A stretch of DNA of 64,000 bases from an uncultured Acidobacteriota bacterium (GCA_963764715.1 CAVXTP010000001.1:11504-75503), one strand, 5' to 3'; counted from the stretch's first letter, positions 1-10,001 are shown. Translations and numbers: made by a program. Notes: a model not told the origin generated them from the sequence alone.

Positions 1-513
1 GCCCGCGCGGCGGCGCCTGCCCACCCGGCCGAGACCGCCGGGAAAGCCTGGACCCTCCGCAAGTCGCTCTTCGTCCTGGCCGCGGCCGTCGTCGCGACCG
101 GGGCCGCGAGCGAGCTGCTCGTAGGCGCCATCGACCCGGTGTCGAAATCCCTCGGCCTCTCGCAGTTCTTCGTGGGCCTGATCGTGGTCCCGCTCGTCGG
201 CAACGTGGCGGAGAACTACGGGGCGATCAAGTTCGCGCGCCGGAACCAGATGGAGCTCGCGCTCTCCATCGCGGCCAATTCGTCGACGCAGATCGCCGTG
301 TTCGTGGCCCCTGTGCTCGTGCTCGCGAGCCTCTTCTTCCACCCCATGGACCTGGTCTTCCAGCCGATCGAGCTCGTGACGCTCTACGCCTCGACGGCGA
401 TCTTCGCCTACGTGTCGCTCGACGGCGAAACGAACTGGCTCGAGGGGTTCCAGCTCCTCGCGCTCTACCTGATCGCCGCGGTTTCCTTCTACTTCCTGCC
501 CGGCCGGATCTGA
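1..513 (+). CDS. Ca2+/cation:H+ antiporter (CaCA family), C-terminal portion; the 5' end lies outside the window
   Basis: The frame is open from base 1. It has a GNVAE alpha-repeat signature and a multi-TM hydrophobic profile. Confidence 0.6.
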   Translation, partial: ARAAAPAHPAETAGKAWTLRKSLFVLAAAVVATGAASELLVGAIDPVSKSLGLSQFFVGLIVVPLVGNVAENYGAIKFARRNQMELALSIAANSSTQIAVFVAPVLVLASLFFHPMDLVFQPIELVTLYASTAIFAYVSLDGETNWLEGFQLLALYLIAAVSFYFLPGRI

Positions 514-520
514 GCCCGTC

Positions 521-1429
521 TCAGGCGATCGCCGGCTCGGTCTTTCGTCTCGTCGCCGCGAGCAGCACGGCCAGCAGGATGAGGGCCGCACCCGCGAGGA
601 CCCTCGGGGACAGCGACTCCCCGAGAACGAGGCTGCCGAGGACGACGGCGATGACGGTGTCGACGATCGGGATCGTCCCGATCACCGAGACCGGCACGCG
701 GTGCAGGAGCCAGAAGAGCCCGGCAAAGGGCAGCGCCGTCCCGAACAGGGCGAGATAGACGAGCGCTCCGACGGAGCTCGGCGTCCAGCGCATGACGGCG
801 CCGGGCTCGAAGGCCGCCGCCAGCGCGAGCAGGAGGGCCGAGCCCGCGAGCGTCTGGAGCCAGACGTTCCAGACCGGCGGCACGGCCGAGAGGTACTTTT
901 TGTTGTAGACGTTGGCGTACGCCGCGACGAGCGAGGCCGCGAGGATGAGCGCGCTGCCGGCGAGGAGCGGCCGCGTCTGCGCCGAGAAGAGGGTCGCCAG
1001 CGCCGGCGCCTCGATCACCGCGACGCCGCCGAGGCCGAGGATCGCGGAGCCCGCCGTCCGCGCGGTCAGCGGTTCGGCCGCGAGCATGAAGTGCGCGAAG
1101 AGCCCGGCGAAGATCGGAAACGTCGCGAAGAGGACCGCCGAGAGGCCCGAGTCGATCCACTGCTCCGCGAGGAAGATGCACGCGTAGTTGACGCCGATCT
1201 GGAGGACGCCGCTCCAGAGGATGCGCCGCGTCCTTCCCCGCGCGCCCTCGCGGCCGCCCCGGGCGAGGGCGAAGGGCGCGAGCAGCGCGCAGGCGAGCGC
1301 CATGCGGACGCCGCCGAACCACAACGGCGGCAGGTCCCGCAGGCCGATCTTTATGACGAGCCACGTCGAGCCCCAGACCGCGCACAGCGCGACGTACATC
1401 GCGAGGCGGCGGCCCGAGAGCGCGGACAT
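521..1429 (-). CDS. EamA/DMT-family membrane transporter
   Basis: About 300 aa, 10-TM-like, with two EamA-like halves. Start chosen at MSALSGRR inside a longer GC-driven ORF. Confidence 0.6.
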   Translation of the reverse strand: MSALSGRRLAMYVALCAVWGSTWLVIKIGLRDLPPLWFGGVRMALACALLAPFALARGGREGARGRTRRILWSGVLQIGVNYACIFLAEQWIDSGLSAVLFATFPIFAGLFAHFMLAAEPLTARTAGSAILGLGGVAVIEAPALATLFSAQTRPLLAGSALILAASLVAAYANVYNKKYLSAVPPVWNVWLQTLAGSALLLALAAAFEPGAVMRWTPSSVGALVYLALFGTALPFAGLFWLLHRVPVSVIGTIPIVDTVIAVVLGSLVLGESLSPRVLAGAALILLAVLLAATRRKTEPAIA

Positions 1430-1456
1430 GGTCGCGCATCCTATAGAATTCGCGCG

Positions 1457-1954
1457 ATGTTCGAGGCCACGATCGACCACAGCCGCGGGAAATCGGCGCT
1501 CTACGGCGATCTCGCCGCCTCGCTCGCCGCGATGCTCGAGGGCGAGTCGGACCCCGTGGCCAACCTGGCGAACGCGTCGGGACTGCTCGCGCAGGCCCTC
1601 GACCGCATCAACTGGTGCGGCTTCTACCTGCTGCGCTCGGGCGAGCTCGTCCTCGGACCCTTCCAGGGCAAGCCCGCCTGCGTGCGCATCGCGATGGGCC
1701 AGGGCGTCTGCGGAACCGCCGCCGCGCGGCGCGCGACACTCGTCGTTCCGGATGTCAACGCGTTTCCGGGACACATTGCCTGCGACGCGGCCTCGCGCTC
1801 GGAGATCGTGGTCCCGATCCTCGACGGCGGGTCGCTCCGCGGCGTCCTCGACGTGGACGCGCCCGAGCCCGGCCGCTTCGACGCCGAGGACCAGGCGGGG
1901 CTCGAGGAATTCGTCCGCGTGCTGACGCCGCGAGTGGCCTGGACGAAGCTCTAG
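1457..1954 (+). CDS. GAF-domain protein, free methionine-(R)-sulfoxide reductase (fRMsr)-like
   Basis: 165 aa GAF fold with conserved Cys residues. Start taken at MFEATID. Confidence 0.55.
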   Translation: MFEATIDHSRGKSALYGDLAASLAAMLEGESDPVANLANASGLLAQALDRINWCGFYLLRSGELVLGPFQGKPACVRIAMGQGVCGTAAARRATLVVPDVNAFPGHIACDAASRSEIVVPILDGGSLRGVLDVDAPEPGRFDAEDQAGLEEFVRVLTPRVAWTKL

Positions 1955-1968
1955 GAGCGGCTTTCTAA

Positions 1969-2058
1969 GGGGGTCAGGTCTTCATTTTTCGGATCTCGGT
2001 TCCTGCGTCGCGTGAGCAAGACTCGCCTGAGATCTCGAAAAAGTGAAGACCTGACCCC
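1969..2058. terminator. Long inverted repeat (GGGGGTCAGGTCTTCATTTTTCGG ... CGAAAAAGTGAAGACCTGACCCC) between convergent genes; member of a 3-copy repeat family
   Basis: Perfect arms of about 23 nt. AT-rich in a 70% GC context. Sits between the 3' ends of two convergent genes. Confidence 0.6.
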
Positions 2059-2087
2059 GACCTCGTCTCGACGACCGTTCCGACGGT

Positions 2088-3257
2088 CTAGGTCAGCGGC
2101 AGGCGGCCGGCGAAGCCTTCGTCGTACGAGTGGAAGTGGTTGAGGCCCGCCTCGGGGTACTTCCAGCAGTAGTAGCCGCCGCCCGAGTCGAAGTCGACGA
2201 GCCAGACGCCCTTGATCTCGAGGCCCATCCCCTGGAGCTCCTCGGCCCAGGCGCGCACGATTTCCTGCCGCGCCTCCTCGAGGTCGCCCGGCAGCTTCGA
2301 GAACTGGGCCACGGCCTCCGAGGTGATCTCCTGGACGCGCGGAAGGAGCTCCCGGGCTTCCTCGAGCGTGAAGATCCGCCGCTCCGAGGCCGGGGCCGCG
2401 CCGTATTCCGAATCCTCCTCGTCGTCGATCTCGCCGGCCTCGCCGCGCAGACGCGCCCGCACCGCCTCGATGAGCCGGGTGATGCCCTCGGCGTCCTCGC
2501 CGGCGGCCACCGCGGCGTATGCCTCGAGCACCGGGAGCGCCTCCTCCGGCCGGCCGCACTTGATCAGCAGGAGCCCGCGCTCGCGGACGATCTCGGGATC
2601 GTCGGGCTCGAGCGCCTCGGCGCAGGTGAGCACCTCGAGGGCGTCCTCCCAGCGGTCGCGCTGCTCGTAGGAGCGCCGCAGGTTGAGCAGCACGCGCGCG
2701 AGAATCGCGCGGGGCGGGTCCGGCTGCAGGATCTCTGGCCCGACGGCCACCGGCTGCCCGAAGATCGCGGCGAGCCGGCGCGCCAGCCCGCCCGCCTCGT
2801 AGAGCTCGCCGCCGTCGAAGGGGTCGAGGTACATGCCGTCGGGCAGGTCCGGGCCGCCCACGACGAAGTGGCCGGGCAGCCCCACGCCGGTCAGCCGCAG
2901 GCCGGCGAGCCGGCCGACTTCGATCGCGAGGATCGAGAGCGTGATCGGAAGGCCGCGGTGGCGAAAGAGCGCCCGCGCGACCGAGGAGTTGGAAGGCTGG
3001 TCGTAGTCCTCGTCGTCGCCGCGGAAGCCCTCCTCCTCGAAGAGGACCTGGCCGAGCGCCGCGTGGGGCGCCGCGCCGGCGGCGATCTTCTCCTCGACGC
3101 GTGTCGCGAGGGCCGCGACGGCCTCGCGCGCCGCCCCGACGTCCTCGCCCGGGTCGACGAGCTCGGCGACGAGGAGCGCGCCCTCGAAGAGATCGGGCTC
3201 GGCCGCGTCGGCGAACCGGCGGAATCTCGCCGAGACGGAGTCCCGATCGCCGGGCAC
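2088..3257 (-). CDS. SirB1-like transglutaminase-like/TPR protein with DUF2203-like C-terminal extension
   Basis: N-terminal transglutaminase-like region, central TPR-like helices, C-terminal YCWKYPE...LNHFH motif. Confidence 0.5.
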   Translation of the reverse strand: MPGDRDSVSARFRRFADAAEPDLFEGALLVAELVDPGEDVGAAREAVAALATRVEEKIAAGAAPHAALGQVLFEEEGFRGDDEDYDQPSNSSVARALFRHRGLPITLSILAIEVGRLAGLRLTGVGLPGHFVVGGPDLPDGMYLDPFDGGELYEAGGLARRLAAIFGQPVAVGPEILQPDPPRAILARVLLNLRRSYEQRDRWEDALEVLTCAEALEPDDPEIVRERGLLLIKCGRPEEALPVLEAYAAVAAGEDAEGITRLIEAVRARLRGEAGEIDDEEDSEYGAAPASERRIFTLEEARELLPRVQEITSEAVAQFSKLPGDLEEARQEIVRAWAEELQGMGLEIKGVWLVDFDSGGGYYCWKYPEAGLNHFHSYDEGFAGRLPLT

Positions 3258-3262
3258 GCGCC

Positions 3263-3898
3263 CTACCCTTCCCGCCGCGCGATGGCGACGCCGTCGCGCA
3301 GGGGAACGATCGCGGTCTCGAACTCCTGCAGGGCGAAGAGGCGCCGGTTGAACTGCCGGATGCCTTCCGTCGCCGCGTCCTGGACCTTCGGGTCGACGAC
3401 CTTGCCCGACCAGAGCACGTTGTCGGCGACGAGATACCCGCCCCGGCGCACGCGCGGCGCCGCCGCCTGGAGGGCCTTCGGGTAGCCGTCCTTGTCGACG
3501 TCGATGAAGATGACGTCGTAATACCCCGTCGTCGCCTCGAGCGACGTGACGGCGTCGCCCACGCGAATCGCGACGCGGTCGAGGTAGCCGAGGCGCTCGA
3601 GGTACCCCTTCGCCCGCTCGGCGTTATCGGCGTTCCCGTCGGTGTAGGTGACCTGGCCGCCCTTGCCGACCGCGCGCGCGAAGAAGGCCGTGGAGTAGCC
3701 GATGGCGCTTCCGAGCTCGAAGACACGCTGCGCGCCGATCGAGCGCGCCAGGATCTCCAGCAGCGTCGCGACGGCGGGCCCCACGATCGGCACGTCGTGC
3801 TTCGCGGCGTAGGCCTCCATCTCCGCGATCACGGGGTCGCGCGGCGGCAGCAGGTCGAGTACGTAGCGGTCGAGCTCGGGGGCGATCAATCCGGCCAT
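3263..3898 (-). CDS. class I SAM-dependent O-methyltransferase (caffeoyl-CoA OMT-like)
   Basis: ELGSAIGYS SAM-binding motif and DVDK motif. 211 aa. Confidence 0.7.
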   Translation of the reverse strand: MAGLIAPELDRYVLDLLPPRDPVIAEMEAYAAKHDVPIVGPAVATLLEILARSIGAQRVFELGSAIGYSTAFFARAVGKGGQVTYTDGNADNAERAKGYLERLGYLDRVAIRVGDAVTSLEATTGYYDVIFIDVDKDGYPKALQAAAPRVRRGGYLVADNVLWSGKVVDPKVQDAATEGIRQFNRRLFALQEFETAIVPLRDGVAIARREG

Positions 3899-3963
3899 GG
3901 GCTGAATCTTATAAGGATCGCAGACATCCGGCAGGCCGGCCCGAACCCTATAATCCCGCGCGC

Positions 3964-5130
3964 ATGGAGAAGCTCGAAAAGCTGCTGGCCGACTTTCCGA
4001 CGGAGGAGCAGGCGCTCCTCGTCGCGACGCGGCGCGACCTCCACGTCCATCCCGAGCTCGCCTACGAGGAGACGCGCACCGGGCAGGTCGTCGCGGATCG
4101 GCTCGCGGCGCTCGGCCTGACGCCGCGGCGCGGGATCGGGCGGACCGGCGTCTTCGCGGACGCGGGGCCGGAGGGACGCCGGCTGCTGCTGCGCGCGGAC
4201 ATGGACGCCCTGCCCATCGACGAGGAGTCGGGCGAGCCGTACGTCTCGCGGAGCCCGGGGAGCATGCACGCCTGCGGGCACGACGGCCACGTCGCGATCG
4301 GCCTCGCCGTCGCCGGGCGTCTGGCGCGCCGTCCGGCGGAGCGCGGCCTGCGCTTTCTCTACCAGCCGGCCGAGGAGGGCCGCGGCGGCGCGGACTCCTG
4401 CGTGCGCGACGGAGCGCTCGAGGGCGTCGCGGCGGCCCTCGGCCTCCACCTCTGGAGCCCGCTGCCGGTCGGGAAGATCGGGATCAACCGGGGCGCGCTG
4501 ATGGCGGCCGTCGACCAGTTCACGATCGAGGTCCAGGGCCGAGGAGGCCACGGCGCGATGCCCCACGAGGCCGTGGACCCGGTCCTCGCCGCGGCGCGCA
4601 TCGTCGAGTCCCTGCAGTCGGTCGTGTCGCGGGAGATCTCGCCCCTCGATTCCGCGGTCGTCACGATCGGGTCGATCCACGGCGGCACCGCCTTCAACGT
4701 CATCCCCCCGAACGTGACGCTCGCCGGAACCGCCCGCTCCTTCACGCCGGAAACCGGCCGCGCGCTTCCCGAGAAGATCCGCCGCGTCGTCGAGGGCACC
4801 GCCGCGGCGTGCGGCGTCTCGGCGGCCCTGAAGTACGACCGCACCAACGCCGCAACGGTCAACGACCCGGCAATCGCCGACGTCGTGATCGAAGCGGCCG
4901 CGCGGCTCCTCGGAGAGGAGAACGTCGAGACCGATACACGCACGCTCGCCGGCGAGGACATGTGCGTGTACCTCGAGCGCGTCCCCGGCGCCTTCTTCTT
5001 CGTCGGCTGCGCGCGGGAGGGCGAGCCGCGGCCGCACCACTCGCCCCGCTTCGACCTCGACGAGCGGGCGCTCGCGATCGGGACGCTCGTCCTCGAAGAG
5101 GCCGCCCGGGAGCTCGCGCGACGCATCTGA
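3964..5130 (+). CDS. M20-family amidohydrolase (N-acyl-amino-acid / hippurate hydrolase-like)
   Basis: Metal-binding motifs (HACGHDGH, ...E) of the M20D family. 388 aa. Confidence 0.7.
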   Translation: MEKLEKLLADFPTEEQALLVATRRDLHVHPELAYEETRTGQVVADRLAALGLTPRRGIGRTGVFADAGPEGRRLLLRADMDALPIDEESGEPYVSRSPGSMHACGHDGHVAIGLAVAGRLARRPAERGLRFLYQPAEEGRGGADSCVRDGALEGVAAALGLHLWSPLPVGKIGINRGALMAAVDQFTIEVQGRGGHGAMPHEAVDPVLAAARIVESLQSVVSREISPLDSAVVTIGSIHGGTAFNVIPPNVTLAGTARSFTPETGRALPEKIRRVVEGTAAACGVSAALKYDRTNAATVNDPAIADVVIEAAARLLGEENVETDTRTLAGEDMCVYLERVPGAFFFVGCAREGEPRPHHSPRFDLDERALAIGTLVLEEAARELARRI

Positions 5131-5168
5131 CGCCGCGCCGGCCGGCGTCCAAGCCATAATGCCGCGCC

Positions 5169-6563
5169 GTGCCGACGCTTCCCCTCGCGGCCCTCGCCGT
5201 CTACCTCCTGGCCGTCCTCTCGATCGGCTTCGCGTACCGCCGCCGCGCCGGGCGTGACGAGGCGTCCTACTACCTGGCCGACCGCTCGCTCGGCACGTTC
5301 TGGGGATTCACGGGGCTGGCTTCGCTGACGACCGGCGGATCGACGACGATCGCCCTCGCCGCCCTGGTCTACACCCACGGGATCTCGGGCCTCTGGCTCG
5401 ACCTCGCCGGGGCCCTCGGCCTCGCCACGCTGGGCCTCTTTCTCGCCCGGCGGGTCCGCCGCGAGGGCGCCGTGACGCTGCCCGAGATCGTCGGCCGCTA
5501 CTACGGCGTCGCGGCGAGGCGTGTGGCGGCCCTCCTCGTCCTCGTCTCGGAGATCGTCTGGTTCGCGCTGCTGACGGAGACGACGCAGGTCGTCCTGACC
5601 GCTGCGCTCGGCCTCTCCCCCGTCCCCGCGATCGTCCTGTCGACCGCCGTCTTCGTGGCCTACACGTCGCTCGGCGGCCAGTTCGCGGTCGTGCGCACGG
5701 ACCTCCTGCAGTACGGCCTGATGCTCGTCGGGATCCCGGGCATCGCCCTCGTCTGCGCGCTCTCGGGGGCGGGCGGGCTCTCGGGGCTTCCGAAGGAGGT
5801 CTGGAGCTTCCCGACCTCGGCCTCCTTTCACTCCGGCGACATCGCGGCGATGCTCGTCCTCATCGGTCTTCCCCACCTCGTCGGCAGCGACGTGTACGCG
5901 AAGCTCCTCTCCTGCCGCGACGAGGAGACGGCGAGGCGCTCGGCGCTGCTCGCGGCCGGCTCGAAGGTCCTGTTCGGCTTCTCGGTCGCGGCGATCGCGC
6001 TCGCGGCGAGAAAGGCGCTGCCACCAATGGACGCCGCCGGCGCCCTGCCCGCCGCGGTCCTCGGCTTCGCGCCGCCGGCGCTCTCGGCCCTCGTCCTCGT
6101 GGCGCTCGTGGCGACGATGCAGACCTCGGCGGACGTCGTGCTGCTCTCGGCCACGGCCGTCACTGCGCGCGATCTCGCGCCGGCCGTTCTCGGGCGGACG
6201 CTGCCGCTCTCGGGCGCGCGCCTGCTCGCGCCGGTCTACGGTGCCCTGGGCCTCGCCGTCGCGCTCGCTCTCGACCGCAACGTCCTCGCGACCCTGAAGC
6301 TCGGCTACTCGATCTTCGCCGCGGGCCTGATCCTGCCGGTCCTCGCGGCGTTTCTCCCGGGGCGTCTCCGCATCCCGACGGGCGGGGCCATCGCGGCCAT
6401 GGCGGCGGGCGGCGCGATCGCGGCCGCGGGGCGCTTCGCGCCCGCCCTCGCGTTCGGGCGCGATCCGGTGCTCGCCGGCACCGCCGTCAACGCCGCGGTC
6501 CTCGCCGCCGCGTTCCTCGCGGGCCGCCGACGCGGCGCCTCGCCCGCGCCGGCCCGCGCATGA
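5169..6563 (+). CDS. sodium:solute symporter-family transporter
   Basis: 464 aa polytopic membrane protein. GTG start. Confidence 0.5.
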   Translation: MPTLPLAALAVYLLAVLSIGFAYRRRAGRDEASYYLADRSLGTFWGFTGLASLTTGGSTTIALAALVYTHGISGLWLDLAGALGLATLGLFLARRVRREGAVTLPEIVGRYYGVAARRVAALLVLVSEIVWFALLTETTQVVLTAALGLSPVPAIVLSTAVFVAYTSLGGQFAVVRTDLLQYGLMLVGIPGIALVCALSGAGGLSGLPKEVWSFPTSASFHSGDIAAMLVLIGLPHLVGSDVYAKLLSCRDEETARRSALLAAGSKVLFGFSVAAIALAARKALPPMDAAGALPAAVLGFAPPALSALVLVALVATMQTSADVVLLSATAVTARDLAPAVLGRTLPLSGARLLAPVYGALGLAVALALDRNVLATLKLGYSIFAAGLILPVLAAFLPGRLRIPTGGAIAAMAAGGAIAAAGRFAPALAFGRDPVLAGTAVNAAVLAAAFLAGRRRGASPAPARA

Positions 6564-7861
6564 AGTGGCGCCTGCGCCCCGAGGCGCATCCCGAGCTCGT
6601 CAAGCCGGCAGGGCCCAACCTCGGCGTCGCCCCGCCCCGCGGGGCCGAGGCGCCGCGCCGCGGGATGTTCGCCTCGCTCGCTCACACCCAGTACCGCCGC
6701 TACTGGACCGGCCTCTTCCTCTCGAACGTCGGGACGTGGATGCAGTCGGTGGCCCAGGGCTGGCTCGTCCTGCGCCTCTCGAACTCGGCGTTCCTGCTCG
6801 GCCTCGTCGGGTTCGTCGGCTCGATCCCGACGCTGCTGCTCGCGCCGCTCGCCGGCGTGGCCGCGGACCGCCTCGACCGGAGACGGCTCCTCCTCGCCAC
6901 CCAGGCGACCCAGATGGCCTGCGCGTTCACGCTCGCCGGCGCGGTCTACGGCGGCTTCGTCTCGGTCGGGCTCGTGGCCGGGGTGGCGATCGTCAACGGC
7001 GTGGCGAACGCGCTGACCACGCCGGCGCACCAGACGCTCTTCCTCGATCTCGTGGGGCCCGAGGACCTGACCAACGCCATCGCGCTCAACTCGATGCAGT
7101 TCAACCTCTCGCGCATCGTCGGCCCGGCGCTCGCCGGCCTCGCCATCGGCGCCCTCGGCGAGGCCGCGTGTTTCGCCCTCAACGGGATCTCGTTCGTCGC
7201 GATCCTCGTGCCCCTCGCGATCCTTCCCGCCATGCCCCCGTCCCGCCGCCGGGCCCGCAGCGCCTGGATCGACCTGCGCGCGGGCCTGCGCTTCGCCCGG
7301 CGGCATCCGCTGATCCCGCAGCTCCTCGTCCTGATCGCCTCGCTCGCCATCTTCGGGACGCCCGCGGTCACGATGGCCCCGCTCTTCGCGAAGAACCTGC
7401 TCGGCGTGGGGCCCGAGGGCCTCGGCGGCATGCTCTCGGCGGTCGGCGTCGGCGCCGTCGCGACCGCCCTGCTCATGGCTTCGGGCGGAGATTTCGGGCA
7501 CAAGGGCGCCGGCGTCCTCGCCGCCTCGACCGGGTTTGCGCTCTCGCTCGCGGGCTTCGCGCTGTCCCGCAGCTACGCGCTCTCGCTCGCCTGCCTGGTC
7601 CTGCTCGGCGGCTCGATGACCTCGACGGCCTCGCTCGTCAACACGCTCCTCCAGAAGAGCGCTCCCAGCCGCATGCGGGGCCGCGTGATCTCGCTCTACG
7701 CCCTGGCCTGGCTGGGTCTCGTCCCGCTCGGCAACCTTCAGGCCGGGATCGTGGCGGAGCGCTTCGGCGCGGCCTCGACGCTCCTCGTCGGCGCCGCCGG
7801 CATCACGCTGACTCTCGTGCTGCTCCGCCTCGTTCGCCCCGTGCCCCTCGAAGCGGCGTAG
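6560..7861 (+). CDS. MFS transporter
   Basis: 12-TM profile. ATGA overlap with the upstream gene. An alternative start lies at 6665. Confidence 0.65.
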   Translation: MKWRLRPEAHPELVKPAGPNLGVAPPRGAEAPRRGMFASLAHTQYRRYWTGLFLSNVGTWMQSVAQGWLVLRLSNSAFLLGLVGFVGSIPTLLLAPLAGVAADRLDRRRLLLATQATQMACAFTLAGAVYGGFVSVGLVAGVAIVNGVANALTTPAHQTLFLDLVGPEDLTNAIALNSMQFNLSRIVGPALAGLAIGALGEAACFALNGISFVAILVPLAILPAMPPSRRRARSAWIDLRAGLRFARRHPLIPQLLVLIASLAIFGTPAVTMAPLFAKNLLGVGPEGLGGMLSAVGVGAVATALLMASGGDFGHKGAGVLAASTGFALSLAGFALSRSYALSLACLVLLGGSMTSTASLVNTLLQKSAPSRMRGRVISLYALAWLGLVPLGNLQAGIVAERFGAASTLLVGAAGITLTLVLLRLVRPVPLEAA

Positions 7862-7865
7862 CTCC

Positions 7866-7903
7866 CTGCCTCCTGCCTCCTGCCTCCTGCCTCCTGCCTC
7901 CTG
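7866..7903. repeat. heptamer tandem repeat (CCTGCCT/GCCTCCT) x5
   Basis: Directly visible in the sequence. Lies in a convergent intergenic region. Confidence 0.85.
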
Positions 7904-7907
7904 AGGC

Positions 7908-9083
7908 TTACGGCTTCCCGCTCACCGGCGCCTCGCCCAGGCACTCGTACGCCGGCTCCTCGGGCGAGCGGATCAGGGCGAAGTCCCACAGGCTCTTGTC
8001 GCCTTCCCACTCGCGGAGAGGCTGGAACACGACGAGGTGCGCCGGGCAGTTGACGCGGTCGAAGTTGACGATCGCGAGCCCCGGCTGCCGTACCGTCACC
8101 TGGACGTCGCGCGCGTCGGGGTAACGCTTCTTCACGAGCTCGGTGGGGTCGAGCGCCCATGGCGCCTCGGCCACGACTTTCTTCTGGCGCTCCTGGAGCT
8201 TCGCGAGGTCGCTCGCAAAGGTCGACTGGTGGACGAGCCCCCAGTAGGAGAGATCCAGGCCGCCGCCCTGGGACCATTCCGGCTCGAGCGCCTCGGACGC
8301 GATCCGGAACTTGCGCTCGCCGAAGACGAAGTTGGTCGTCAGCGTGAAGCTCCGGTAGCGGGGCGGCAGCTCCTTGTTGATGAACGTGTCGACGGCGATC
8401 CGGCGCGTGATGCCCTCCGGGCCGAACTCGACGTCGACCGCCGTGCGCGGCAGCACGACCGAGAAGGTGGTGTCGAAGCGGTCGCGGTCGAGCCGGTAGA
8501 AGTGGGTCTCGGAGAGGCGCGGGTCGCCGGGGTGGATGACCTGGAGAGCGACCTGGGGCCGGTCGTCGAACCGGAAGTCGACGCTGCGGAAGGCGACGAG
8601 CTCGTCGCACTTGGTCGGGTCGTCGCTCTGCGAGCAGAGGAGCGGAAGGTGCCCTGCGAGCAGGAGCTCCCACTCCGCGCCCTTGCCCTTCTTGAAGACG
8701 GCGAGGATCGGGTTCTCGAACGGCAGGCGCGTCCGGGAGACGAAGCCGACGGCCGGAATGTCCGGCGGCAGCCCTTTGAACGAGCCGATGCCTTCGACGA
8801 GCGCCTCGAAGACGCCGTCGCGGTCGAGATCCACCTCCTCGACTCGCGTCAGCTTCGAGAAGGTCACGAAGCGGTTCTCGTACCGCGCGACCCGCGCGCC
8901 CGGGGCCGCGCCCTTGTACTGGCGACCCTCGCGCTCCGGCGGAACGGGCGTCGGGATGGGAGTCGGCGCGACCGTGGGCCGCGGGCGCGGGCGCGGCGTC
9001 TGGGCGGAGGCCGACGCGGGCAGCGACAGCGCCGCCGCCAGGGCGAGCACGCCGGCCAGGGCCGTTCGATTGTGGGGATGCAT
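7908..9083 (-). CDS. hypothetical secreted protein (signal peptide + Pro-rich linker)
   Basis: N-terminal signal peptide ALAAALSLPASASA followed by a PRPRPRP linker. Confidence 0.4.
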   Translation of the reverse strand: MHPHNRTALAGVLALAAALSLPASASAQTPRPRPRPTVAPTPIPTPVPPEREGRQYKGAAPGARVARYENRFVTFSKLTRVEEVDLDRDGVFEALVEGIGSFKGLPPDIPAVGFVSRTRLPFENPILAVFKKGKGAEWELLLAGHLPLLCSQSDDPTKCDELVAFRSVDFRFDDRPQVALQVIHPGDPRLSETHFYRLDRDRFDTTFSVVLPRTAVDVEFGPEGITRRIAVDTFINKELPPRYRSFTLTTNFVFGERKFRIASEALEPEWSQGGGLDLSYWGLVHQSTFASDLAKLQERQKKVVAEAPWALDPTELVKKRYPDARDVQVTVRQPGLAIVNFDRVNCPAHLVVFQPLREWEGDKSLWDFALIRSPEEPAYECLGEAPVSGKP

Positions 9084-9139
9084 CGGTTTCGCCGATTTTA
9101 CAGGACTCGGGCCCCGCTGGTTTAGGCTAGCGGCCGCGC

Positions 9140-9994
9140 ATGCGAGTCTTCGACGTCCACGTCCACGTCCAGCCCTGGGAGCAGATGAAGCCGGGCGTGC
9201 GCGCCCTGATGGCCGGGGGCCGCAAGGACCTTCCGGCGATCCAGGAAGCCCTCTCCGATCCGGCCGCGCTCCTGGCGCTGATGGACCGGGAGGGGGTCGA
9301 GAAGGCCGCCCTGATCAACTACGTGGCCCCCGAGGTGATGGGTTTCACGCCCGAGGCCAACGACTGGATCGCCCGCTACGTGCGCGGCCACGAGGACCGC
9401 CTGTACGCCGTCGGATCGGTCCACCCGCGGCACACGCGCGACGCCGCGGGCGACACCCGCCGCCTCTTCGAGTCGCTCGGCATCCGGCTCCTCAAGATCC
9501 ATCCGCCGCACCAGCTCTTCGCCGCCAACGCGTACCTCTCGGGCGAGCCGGGCCTCGCCGACGTCTACCGCGTCGCCGAGGAGCTCGGACGCCCGGTGAC
9601 GATCCACACCGGCACCTCGATCTTTCCGGGCGCCCGCAACCGGTTCGCCGACCCGATGCCGGTCGACGACGTCGCGGTGGACTTTCCGAAGTTGAAGATC
9701 CTGCTCGCCCACGCGGGCCGGCCGCTCTCCATGGAGACCGCCATGTTCCTCGTGCGGCGGCACCCCAACGTGCACCTCGACCTCTCGGGCATTCCGCCGA
9801 AGAAGCTCCTCGAGTACCTCCCCCGCCTCGAGGACCTCTCGGACCGTTGCCTCTGGGGGACGGACTACCCGAGCCCCGGGGTCGCCTCGATGCGAAAGAA
9901 CGTCGACGACTTCCTGGCGCTCCCGCTCTCCGAGGCGGCAAAAGAACGGATCCTCTGGGGCAACGCCGACCGGGTTTTCGGCCACTCCATATAA
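9140..9994 (+). CDS. amidohydrolase-2 family metal-dependent hydrolase (TIM barrel)
   Basis: HVHVQ motif at the N-terminus. 284 aa. Confidence 0.6.
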   Translation: MRVFDVHVHVQPWEQMKPGVRALMAGGRKDLPAIQEALSDPAALLALMDREGVEKAALINYVAPEVMGFTPEANDWIARYVRGHEDRLYAVGSVHPRHTRDAAGDTRRLFESLGIRLLKIHPPHQLFAANAYLSGEPGLADVYRVAEELGRPVTIHTGTSIFPGARNRFADPMPVDDVAVDFPKLKILLAHAGRPLSMETAMFLVRRHPNVHLDLSGIPPKKLLEYLPRLEDLSDRCLWGTDYPSPGVASMRKNVDDFLALPLSEAAKERILWGNADRVFGHSI

Positions 9995-10001
9995 TCCGGC
10001 C

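Noticed and set aside
7862-7903. CRISPR-like or coding interpretation of the heptamer repeat (the ORF track translates it as part of a 519-aa ORF, 6565-8124)
   Set aside because: The 6565-8124 ORF is the alternate frame of the MFS gene running into the repeat. The repeat is a 7-nt microsatellite without spacers.
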